The notes under the pieces were generated by a model. That model did no database searches, was not told the origin of the DNA, and saw only the letters and a list, made by a program, of their open reading frames with translations. A stretch of 30,381 nucleotides of DNA from Pedobacter sp. (GTDB taxonomy: Bacteria > Desulfobacterota > Desulfuromonadia > Desulfuromonadales > Syntrophotaleaceae): NCBI GenBank assembly GCA_050253415.1, contig JBFWJC010000011.1, positions 1-30,381 on the forward strand, given 5' to 3'. The translations under genes were made by a program, and so were the position numbers. Every line of letters starts with the position of its first letter. The first letter of the stretch is position 1. Below are positions 7,606 through 16,400 of the stretch, piece after piece.

Positions 7606-7653
7606 AAAAAGAAAACCCGTCACCCCGGAGAATGACCCCAGAGAGACGGGTTT
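7606..7653 (-). terminator. Terminator downstream of tmRNA
   Basis: Minus strand AAACCCGTC...GACGGGTTT long hairpin followed by TCTTTTT. Confidence 0.65.
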
Positions 7654-7665
7654 GTCTTTTTTAAA

Positions 7666-8023
7666 TGGTGGAGGTGGCGGGAATCGAACCCGCGTCCGAA
7701 AATCTTTCACATAAGGCTTCTACATGCGTAGTCGTTGTTTTAAATTTAACCGGATACAACTCCCATCGACAGGATGTGTATCAAGCGAGTTTACTTAAGT
7801 TTCGCTCTTGCGCCGTAAACACTCGCTCAAGCTAGCCCACTAAATTGACGTCTTAAAGCCCCGCGCAGGCGAAGAGACCCAAGACGAAGCAGCAATTAAG
7901 CTGCTAATGCGTACGAAACGTCAGTATCGGCGTTTGTATTGTTGCCAGTTTTTTAACGAGGCCAACTGGCGTCCCCGGCATGCCACCTTCGCTTCCAATC
8001 CCCGTCGAAACCGTGTCACCCCC
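7666..8023 (-). ncRNA. ssrA: tmRNA (transfer-messenger RNA), tag ADTDVSYALAA
   Basis: 5' GGGGGTGACACGGTTTCGAC and 3' GGTTCGATTCCCGCCACCTCCACCA. Tag ORF at 7931-7896 ends YALAA-stop. Lies directly downstream of smpB. Confidence 0.97.
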
Positions 8024-8086
8024 ATATAGTGTTTAATTCAGAGCTGCGTGTCAGCCACTGAGATTTTTGATTTTTTGAACATCTGC

Positions 8087-8115
8087 ATTATCGCACGACT
8101 GGCCGAAAAAGCCAA
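8087..8115 (-). promoter_or_regulatory. Probable ssrA sigma70 promoter
   Basis: TTGGCT-17-GATAAT with an extended -10 TG. Confidence 0.5.
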
Positions 8116-8128
8116 GTGATATAAAGGT

Positions 8129-8581
8129 TTAATGGCGATCGCGCAGGGCGCGGGCCATTTCACGATCGGCTTCCTTGCCCTTGAGGGTTTCGCGTTTGTC
8201 GTGCAGTTTTTTACCCTTGGCCACGCCTATCTCAAGCTTGACCTTTCCTTCTTTGAAATAGAGCTTGGTCGGCACCAGGGACAGTCCCTTTTCATCGACT
8301 TTGCGCGCGAGTTTCTCAATTTCTGCTCGATGCACCAGCAGCTTGCGCGCCCTGGTCGGATCGGGGTTTTCGCGATTTCCGAATTCGTAGGGGCTGATAT
8401 GCAGGTTGTTGACATACAACTCCCCCCCCATGATGCGACAGAAGGCATCCTTGAGGTTGGCCTTGCCCAGGCGCAGCGATTTGACTTCGGGACCGAGCAG
8501 AACTATACCGGCCTCCAGAACTTCATCGATAAAATAGTCATGGTAGGCTTTTTTATTGTTTGCAATAATTTTAATACCCAT
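8129..8581 (-). CDS. smpB: SsrA-binding protein
   Basis: [23 protein letters not shown] and GKKLHDKRE motifs. Confidence 0.97.
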   Translation of the reverse strand: MGIKIIANNKKAYHDYFIDEVLEAGIVLLGPEVKSLRLGKANLKDAFCRIMGGELYVNNLHISPYEFGNRENPDPTRARKLLVHRAEIEKLARKVDEKGLSLVPTKLYFKEGKVKLEIGVAKGKKLHDKRETLKGKEADREMARALRDRH

Positions 8582-9041
8582 GTTGTTCTTCGCTGCACTC
8601 CTCACCGGGTAATATTTCTATAATTTCGGGCATAAACGTACCATGCGGAATGGCGCGGCTTCCGATCCGTATGGTAAAAAATGATCCGACCATAAAGGTG
8701 ATACCAAAGATGGCCGCCAACAGGTTGGGATCGATACGCAGAGCATAAAAAGCACCGACCAGCTCTCCGAGAACCGCTCCCGCGATCAAGGCCAAAAGCG
8801 GCACAAGATACAGGAGAAACGAGGCAAGCAAAAACTGCCCCGCCCGGCTGGCCAATCGAACCTTGTCACCCACGGTGGCACCGAGCACATTGTGCGTCTC
8901 GACCAGCATGGAACGTCCATCGTCGCCGACATGACAGATCCCCATGGCGGCACATCCGGTGCAAAAGGTGCTTTTGCGGCACAAAACCATGGCCACATGG
9001 CGCCCTTGAAGCTCAACGACGGTTCCTGTTTCCTGCATCAT
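8571..9041 (-). CDS. RseC/MucC family membrane protein
   Basis: ETGTVV start, [10 protein letters not shown] cysteine cluster, [10 protein letters not shown] transmembrane helices. Confidence 0.8.
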   Translation of the reverse strand: MMQETGTVVELQGRHVAMVLCRKSTFCTGCAAMGICHVGDDGRSMLVETHNVLGATVGDKVRLASRAGQFLLASFLLYLVPLLALIAGAVLGELVGAFYALRIDPNLLAAIFGITFMVGSFFTIRIGSRAIPHGTFMPEIIEILPGEECSEEQHGY

Positions 9042-9085
9042 GGCGAATTTCCCTTGGCTCGCCCCCTGACCATTGAACAGGGCGC

Positions 9086-9787
9086 CTACAGATCTTCTCC
9101 AGCTTCCGGAAATTGACTTGCGGCACTGCCTGCAACAGGAATGCCCTTGAGCCGGTCCGGCGGCGATACCATGCCACCCGAGACAATCAGCTTGAACGCT
9201 TCCTCAACCGACATGTTGAGCACCGTGGCATCCTCTTCGGGTACGAGTATGTAATAGCCCGAGGTCGGATTGGGTGTGGTCGGGATAAACACGTTGATGA
9301 CCCGCCGATCCGTTACGCGCTGCAGCTCCCCTTCGCTGACACCGGTGACAAAACCGATGGACCATATCCCCTTGCGGGGATACTGAATAAGCACGACCTT
9401 GCGAAACCCTTGCCGGTCACTGCTGAGTACCGTGTCGGCCAACTGCTTGAACAGGGTGTAAATTCCCTTAACCAGCGGGATGCGATAGACCAGATCCTCG
9501 GAAGCCTTGACCAGCTTGTTGCCGAAATAGTTGGTGGCCAGCATACCGGCAAAAAGGATCAACAAAAGCGTCAGCACAACGCCAATGCCGGGTACCGGAA
9601 AGCCGATTAGTTGCTCCGGTTGCCACTTCAGGGGCAGCATGCGTACCAGGAGCCCATCCATAAAACCAACAATCCAACGCACCACCACGATGGTCAACCA
9701 GACCGGCACCAGTACCAGCAAACCGGTGAAAAAATAACGCCGGACTTTTTTGCGCAAAAACCGTTTCAATACGGATGCACGAGACAT
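9086..9787 (-). CDS. DUF502 family membrane protein
   Basis: TGLLVLVP, RIPLVKGIY and VFIPTTPNPTSG motifs. Confidence 0.9.
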   Translation of the reverse strand: MSRASVLKRFLRKKVRRYFFTGLLVLVPVWLTIVVVRWIVGFMDGLLVRMLPLKWQPEQLIGFPVPGIGVVLTLLLILFAGMLATNYFGNKLVKASEDLVYRIPLVKGIYTLFKQLADTVLSSDRQGFRKVVLIQYPRKGIWSIGFVTGVSEGELQRVTDRRVINVFIPTTPNPTSGYYILVPEEDATVLNMSVEEAFKLIVSGGMVSPPDRLKGIPVAGSAASQFPEAGEDL

Positions 9788-9842
9788 GCAGATGCCCCTT
9801 ATTGGTAAAAATTACATGAATGTATGATTATAAAGAGGCGCT

Positions 9843-11114
9843 TTAAGGATTGCAAGGTTTCCCGTCGAGGTACAGAGCCTTGACATCATCGGTACGACCT
9901 GAAGAGCACAAAAAGTCCCCAAGCTGCTCTGCACGGGGTAGATGGGGCGGTTGCAACACCTGGAAATGGGCACCGTAACCGGGAGCAAGAGCACCCATTT
10001 CCCCTGCGAGACCGAGCGCTCGTGCACCTTGATAGGTTGCCATGCCGAGCAACGTATCGGGATCGAGATCGTCGCCGAAACATTGCCGGGCAAATGCCAC
10101 CTCGTCCCACAGAGACAGGCTGTCACAGCTGGCCATACTGTCGGTGCCGAGGGCCAGTGGTACTCCTGCGGCCCGGTAACTGGCAACCGGGGCTTTGCCT
10201 ATGCCGATACGATGATTGGAGCGTGGGCAGAGCACCACATACACGCCACGAGCGGCGATGGTATCGATATCGTGCGAGGATACCTGAACCCCGTGCACCA
10301 GAAGATCTCCGGGTCTTAAAATATCATGCTGAGCCAACAAACCAACCGGCGTCAATCCCCTTGCCGGAGGGATTCTGCCCCCCCAACCTACCTGAGGATA
10401 CAGTCGCTCGGCAAACGGCCCACTGCCATCACGCACCAGGGTAGTTTCTTCGGGTGATTCGGCAACATGGATCGACTGGCTAAGACCCAGTTGCAAAGCA
10501 AGCCTGGAAAGCTGCTGCAAAAACTCCAGCGTCAGCGAGTAGATGGAGTGCGGCGCCAATCCGTACGCCATGGCACCGGGGGCATTGTCGACCAGAATCT
10601 CGCGCAGGATATCAAGGGTTTGTCGATTGAGGTCGGCATCGGTGCCCAGGGCTTCGAGAAACAATCGCCCACGCAACGGACAGTTCTCATAGGATTGTCG
10701 AACGAAAATGCGCGATACAATGTCACCGACGGCACCGGTTCCGCAACGTATGAGTCGTCGGATCCCATCGCTAAGCGAATAGTTGAATTCTTCCTGCGGC
10801 ACGCCGCGCAAGACACCGATCAGACGAAATAGCCAGTCGGTAAAGCTGGCATATTCGCGCTCGCCGGCGAATGCATCCCAATACGGAACGTGGGTCAATT
10901 CCAGGTGGGTGTGCGCATTGGCCATGGGCGGCAGTAGCACGGCGTCGCCAAAATCGACAACGTTGTCGGCCTCACCCTGGCCGATAATGCTGCCGGCAGA
11001 ACCTACATCGACAATCCGGCCGTCACGCACACGCAAGGCCCCATTTTCGATGCATGGCCCTACGATAGGCAGCAGATATCGTGCCCGGAAAATCTTTGTC
11101 CCGGCAACCGCCAT
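9843..11114 (-). CDS. Metal-dependent amidohydrolase (MTA/SAH or aminodeoxyfutalosine deaminase-like)
   Basis: NAHTHLE, HVAES, VHG and LGTDS metal-ligand motifs. Confidence 0.85.
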   Translation of the reverse strand: MAVAGTKIFRARYLLPIVGPCIENGALRVRDGRIVDVGSAGSIIGQGEADNVVDFGDAVLLPPMANAHTHLELTHVPYWDAFAGEREYASFTDWLFRLIGVLRGVPQEEFNYSLSDGIRRLIRCGTGAVGDIVSRIFVRQSYENCPLRGRLFLEALGTDADLNRQTLDILREILVDNAPGAMAYGLAPHSIYSLTLEFLQQLSRLALQLGLSQSIHVAESPEETTLVRDGSGPFAERLYPQVGWGGRIPPARGLTPVGLLAQHDILRPGDLLVHGVQVSSHDIDTIAARGVYVVLCPRSNHRIGIGKAPVASYRAAGVPLALGTDSMASCDSLSLWDEVAFARQCFGDDLDPDTLLGMATYQGARALGLAGEMGALAPGYGAHFQVLQPPHLPRAEQLGDFLCSSGRTDDVKALYLDGKPCNP

Positions 11115-11125
11115 GGGAAGATTCC

Positions 11126-11521
11126 TCAGATTGCGGAGCGCAGGTTGCCTTGGCCGGGCGATTCGGTTTTCTGTGCCGTAGGTACGTTCTTTTCGTCGAC
11201 GAACACCAGTTTCGGTTCGTAGGCGGCAGCCTTATCGGCATCGATATCCAACCAACTTGCGATGATGACCTTATCGCCTCTGGAAACCATCCGCGCCGCA
11301 GCGCCGTTGATACAGATCACGCCGCTACCCGGTTGCCCTTCGATGGCATAAGTCTGAAAACGGGTACCGTAAGTAACATTCCAGATATCGACCGCTTCGT
11401 ACGGAAGGATATCGGCAAGCTTCAACAACTCGGAATCGATGGTAACGCTGCCTTCATAGTCAAGATCTGCCCCGGTAACCGTGGCGCGATGAATTTTGGA
11501 TTTGAGCATTTTCCGTTTCAT
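11126..11521 (-). CDS. panD: Aspartate 1-decarboxylase
   Basis: [16 protein letters not shown] pyruvoyl cleavage site, INGAAAR. Confidence 0.97.
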   Translation of the reverse strand: MKRKMLKSKIHRATVTGADLDYEGSVTIDSELLKLADILPYEAVDIWNVTYGTRFQTYAIEGQPGSGVICINGAAARMVSRGDKVIIASWLDIDADKAAAYEPKLVFVDEKNVPTAQKTESPGQGNLRSAI

Positions 11522-11528
11522 GGGAATG

Positions 11529-12380
11529 TCAAACCTCCTCATAGATGTAGTTATTGTCGATTAATCGGGTCTTGCCGATGCGCACTGCCAACAACAGAAC
11601 CGAATTTTCATCCACACGGTCGACATTTTCCAGCGTATCGCCGTCGCAGATTTTTACATAGTCGATCTGGGCGTCAGGTTCGCGTCCAATGCGTTCACGT
11701 ACCAGGCCGACCAGACGCCTGGAATGGCTTTCGCCATGACGGGCAGCACTGCGTGCCTGGCGTAAAGCGTCAACCAGAGCCAGAGCTTGTTTACGTTCTT
11801 CCGGAGAAAGATATACGTTGCGTGAGCTCATGGCCAGACCGTCACGTTCGCGCACCGTCGGCATGCCGACAACTTCGATGGGCAGATTAAGATCGCTGAC
11901 CATACGGCGCAAAACGGTCAATTGCTGAAAGTCTTTCCGCCCGAAAAGCGCCAGGTGCGGCTGAACGATATTGAACAGCTTGCAAACCACCGTCGTCACA
12001 CCACGAAAATGTCCAGGACGACTTTCCCCACAAAGAGTTTTGGTCAAGCCTTCGACATTGACATAGGTTTTATAACCGTTCGGATACATCGATTCCGGAC
12101 TGGGATGAAACAGGATATCGACACCGGCCCCAGCGGCCAGCTCGGCATCGCGCTCCAAATCCCGCGGATAAGATGCGAAATCCTCTTTGGGACCGAACTG
12201 GGTCGGATTGACAAAGATGGAAGCAACCAGCAGATCGCCGCGTTTACGTCCTTCGCGCATAAGGGACAGATGCCCTTCATGCAGACACCCCATAGTCGGC
12301 ACCAGCACGATGCGTTTGCCGCCCTGACGGGCTTCGAGGCTGCGAGTCTGAACAACTTCAATATCGTTAATAATTTCCAT
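11529..12380 (-). CDS. panC: Pantoate--beta-alanine ligase
   Basis: [26 protein letters not shown] and RLIDN motifs. Confidence 0.97.
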   Translation of the reverse strand: MEIINDIEVVQTRSLEARQGGKRIVLVPTMGCLHEGHLSLMREGRKRGDLLVASIFVNPTQFGPKEDFASYPRDLERDAELAAGAGVDILFHPSPESMYPNGYKTYVNVEGLTKTLCGESRPGHFRGVTTVVCKLFNIVQPHLALFGRKDFQQLTVLRRMVSDLNLPIEVVGMPTVRERDGLAMSSRNVYLSPEERKQALALVDALRQARSAARHGESHSRRLVGLVRERIGREPDAQIDYVKICDGDTLENVDRVDENSVLLLAVRIGKTRLIDNNYIYEEV

Positions 12381-12402
12381 GGTATTGCAGGAAAACTCCG
12401 TA

Positions 12403-13206
12403 TCAGGAAAAGCTGTGTTCGGGTCCGGGGAAAGCCCCCGTCTTCACCTCACCGATATACTCCTTGACACCCTTGCGGATGACGGACGCCACATCGGCAT
12501 AACGCTTGACGAACTTGGGCGAATATTTTTCACACAGATTGAGAATATCGTGGACCACCAGCACCTGACCATCGCAGTCAACACCGGCACCGATGCCGAT
12601 AGTGGGTATATCCAGAGAGGCGGTGATTTGACCAGCGAGTCCCGCCGGTATGCCTTCGAGCACGATGGCGCAAGCGCCGGCGGCCTGCACAGCCCGTGCA
12701 TCGTTCAATAACTGCCGTGCCTGCTGATCGTGTTTGCCCTGTACCCGGTAACCGCCCATGCGATGGATGGACTGAGGGGTCAACCCGATATGTCCTACAA
12801 CGGGTATATCCATGTCCACTATGGCACGAATGATATCGGCGATATGTTCTCCGCCTTCGAGTTTGACCGCCTGCGCACAGCCCTCCTTGACAAGCCGACC
12901 GGCGTTGAGGCGTGCTTCCCGCAAGTCCACCTGGTAGGACAAAAAGGGCATATCCGCCACCAGAAAAGCTTGGCCAAGGCCCCTGGCCACAGCACGGCAA
13001 TGATAGATCATTTCGTCCATGGTCACCGGCAAGGTATGATCATAACCGGCCACTACCGGACCGACGGAATCACCGACCAGCACCATATCGATGCCTTCGA
13101 GGTCCATCAGCCGGGCAAAGGGATAATCGTAGGCCGTCAGCATGGCGATTTTTTCGCCTTGCGCCTTCATGCGCTGAATATCGAGTACCGTTTTACGACT
13201 TTGCAT
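12403..13206 (-). CDS. panB: 3-methyl-2-oxobutanoate hydroxymethyltransferase
   Basis: [24 protein letters not shown] and IGIGAG motifs. Confidence 0.97.
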   Translation of the reverse strand: MQSRKTVLDIQRMKAQGEKIAMLTAYDYPFARLMDLEGIDMVLVGDSVGPVVAGYDHTLPVTMDEMIYHCRAVARGLGQAFLVADMPFLSYQVDLREARLNAGRLVKEGCAQAVKLEGGEHIADIIRAIVDMDIPVVGHIGLTPQSIHRMGGYRVQGKHDQQARQLLNDARAVQAAGACAIVLEGIPAGLAGQITASLDIPTIGIGAGVDCDGQVLVVHDILNLCEKYSPKFVKRYADVASVIRKGVKEYIGEVKTGAFPGPEHSFS

Positions 13207-13247
13207 GCGCGCTCTCCGTCACGCACCCGGATTATGGATTTAAGGCC

Positions 13248-13282
13248 AAAAAAAAAGGCCTTCGGACGCCGTCCGAAAGACC
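13248..13282 (-). terminator. Leader terminator (attenuator) upstream of panB
   Basis: GGTCTTTCGGAC-GGC-GTCCGAAGGCC followed by nine T, about 40 nt before the panB ATG. Confidence 0.8.
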
Positions 13283-13334
13283 TGTGCCTGTACAGTGGAA
13301 GCGGGCACTCCTCCACTCTTGGTACAACTGCCTT

Positions 13335-13361
13335 CCGTCCCGGTCCGATGGATCCAGGCGG
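13335..13361 (-). ncRNA. pan RNA motif hairpin in the panBCD leader
   Basis: CCGCCUGGAUCC-AUC-GGACCGGGACGG, a bulged-A hairpin in the expected gene context. Family assignment is from memory of the consensus. Confidence 0.7.
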
Positions 13362-13458
13362 TATGAAACTTTTATTGAAAGGGAAAGGACTTATCAGCTC
13401 CGGCACACGTTCCGGGCCTGTCTCTAATCTCTGTCAGGTTGAAAGCTATACCATAACA

Positions 13459-16400
13459 CTAGGGATACTGTCCAGATTTTTCCCGATCCCCACCGCCGAG
13501 CAACGATTCGAGCGTCGCCATGACAACAACAAAAGGATGATAATCGGCAGGTATGCTTCCTTGCAATCGCGCCTGCTGATCGCGCAATACGCGCATGCGT
13601 GATCCACGCATGGACAAATAACGCTGACAATCACCCTGGGATTCGCGCCATACCGCCAGTGCCACGTCGAATCCAAGTGAGCCGAACTTGCTATGCAGAC
13701 TCTGCCAGGCCAGTCGATCCCAGCGTTCCAGTGACTGCACCTGCGCAAGGCTTTCGATGATGGCCGGCAGTCCGAGTTGCTGTTTAACCTCTGACAACAA
13801 CCGAGCCATGGTTAAAAGATCCTCTCCGGTCAAAAGCGCCAGATTGGCGACCGGCAAAAAATCCTCCAGATAGTTCAAGGCTACGCATTTTTTGGCGGAA
13901 AACTCATCAAATCCGTCCTGTGCCAGAGCAAATGCCTGATTGGACAGCGACTGCCTGACATCATGCGGGAGGACTGTATCCAGAATGACCAGATAACTGC
14001 TTATATCGCGATGGAATGCCTCCACAACGGCAGGTTGCAGAGGAATGCCGAGATTGCGCACCAGAGCCCAGCGACACATTTCCTCCAGGGTTTTCTCAAG
14101 CCGCAGCAACCATTGCAATTCACGATCCGCTGACCACTGAAGGGATTTGCTGGTCACCAGGCGACGCATCCGAGGCCCGTCAAGGACTTCGTCGAAAAGC
14201 AGGTAAAGGGCCGCGACCTCGCTCAACTCGGCGCCGGTCTGGCGGCACAATCTGCCGCACATGGCGCTGCCCGCCTGATTAATAATGCGGTTGCTCATAA
14301 CCGTCGCAGCAATCTCCCGGGCCAGAGGGTGCGCCGAAAAGGTATGTCCGAATTTTTCAACCAGGCGCGCGGGGAAGTAGTCATGCAGACAACTGTGGCC
14401 GAAATAGGATTCGGGCAGATCGCTTTGCAACAGAGCATGGTACATCTGCATCTTGCTGTACGCCATAAGGACAGCCAGTTCCGGTCGGGCAAGGGCACGC
14501 TCGGGACGGGCCATGGTTTGTTTAAGGCCAGGCAAATCATGCGCTGCCGGATCAAGAAATCCGGCATTGGACAGACTTTCCATCTGGGCGAAAAACGACT
14601 CCAGCCTGTCGGCGCAACGAGCCCGATCCAGACTCAGGCAAAGCCCTTGTTTACCGCAATCGTCCAGTACCGCCTGACAGATTTCTTCGCCCAGCGACTC
14701 AAGCAGGCGGTCGCGCTCTTCGAGGGTGGCGAGCTGTCCAGCATCGATAAGCTGACGCATGAGTATCTTGAGATTAACCTCGTGATCGGAACAGGCAACA
14801 CCGCCGGCATTATCAACAGCGTCAACATTGATGCGACCACCACACAGGCTGTATTCAACACGGGCACGCTGAGTAAAACCCAGGTTACCTCCCTCTCCCA
14901 CCACCTTGACCTTTAATTGCCTGGCATCGATGCGCACATTGTCATTAGGCCTGTCGCCAACCTGCTGGTGTGTTTCTCCATCTGCCTTAATATACGTGCC
15001 GATACCACCATTCCACAAAAGATCGGCTGGCGCCGAGAGAATCAGTCGCACCAGGCCCGGACCGTCGGAGGAACGCTGGTGTGTACCCAACCAGCTACGA
15101 ACCTCCGGGGAAAGAGGAATATCCTTCGCATCCCTCGGAAAAACACCGCCACCGGCAGAGATCAGCCGGGGTGCGTAATCGGCCCAACTGGAACGAGGCA
15201 GTTCAAACAAGCGTCGCCGTTCGGCAAAAGAAACAACCGGGTCCGGATCGGGATCGAGGAAGATATGTCGATGATCGAAAGCCGCAAGCAGGCGAAGTTT
15301 GTCGGACTGCAGCAATCCGTTGCCGAAAACGTCGCCGCTCATGTCCCCGATACCGATAACGGTTAAACCTTTATCGGCATAAGAGGTATCAAGTTCACGA
15401 AAATGCCGTTGCACACTTACCCACGCACCACGAGCCGTAATCCCCAGCTTCTTGTGATCATAGCCTTGGGAGCCACCACTGGCAAAAGCATCCCCGAGCC
15501 AAAATCGGTATTCTGCGGAGACGGCGTTGGCCCGATCGGAAAACCGTGCGGTGCCCTTATCGGCAGCAACCACCAAATAGCTATCCTGATCGTCATAAGC
15601 AACCAGTTGCGGGACCCGGCGAGGCGCGCCATCAACCAGATTATCCGTCAAGTCGAGCATGCCGCGCATAAAATCTTCGTAAGCCTTCGCGACCTGAGCT
15701 TGTGCAGTTTCCAGCTTGACAGAGAGGTTTTTGACGACAAAACCACCTTTGGAACCGACAGGCACGATCAAGGTGTTTTTGATCATCTGGGTACTCATCA
15801 GATCCAATACCTCGTCACGCATCCCCTCGGGCCTATCACACCAGCGTATCCCCCCCCTGGCAACCTTGCCGCCACGCAAATGAATCCCCATCATGGAAGG
15901 GGAATGAACAAAAATCTCATACAAGGGACGCGGCGCCGGCAGATCGATGATGCCCATGGATGCAATTTTGAAAGATAGAGGATGCCCGGGCGTGTCTTCG
16001 CAGAGATAATAGTTGGTTCTCAACGTGGCATCGACGAGATTGAACAGAGTCCTTAAAATCGTATCCTGCCGCAAATCCGTTACACTATTGAGCGCCTCGA
16101 CCATGGCATGTCGCAAAGGAGGTAGAAGTTTTTCCTCCTTGTTTCTCAGGGCAGAAGCCTCGCCACTGCCCTGAAACCTGGCTTCAAAATAATCATATAA
16201 CAGCTTGGCCACGGCAATGTCGCTTACCAGAGCCCTGCCCACTTCCCCATGGCCGTACGGTTGCCCCAGTTGCAGAAGATAAGCCCGGTACGCCCGGAGA
16301 ACACTGATCTGACGCCAACTCATGGCAGCGGTGGTGACCAGCCTGTTAAGCGAATCGCTTTCTGTCCGTCCGGCGCGTATGGCGGATAAGGCGTCGAGTA

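Larger units (their letters stand above)
1..7665. mobile_element. Right arm of an integrated prophage/ICE-like element (DUF2924 + large serine recombinase type) next to the tmRNA 3' end; continues beyond the left edge
   Basis: Large serine recombinase, DUF2924, LexA-like repressor and sigma factor are clustered. Gene content switches to housekeeping at the ssrA CCA end (7666). The partner att site is not visible in the window. Confidence 0.85.

Noticed and set aside
7666..7700. tRNA-like T-arm and CCA suggesting a tRNA gene
   Set aside because: This is the tRNA-like domain of tmRNA. The 5' end and tag ORF are present.
7415..7714. 99-aa and 70-aa ORFs overlapping the tmRNA 3' end
   Set aside because: They overlap ssrA and its terminator, have no RBS and lie in a repeat-rich non-coding spacer.
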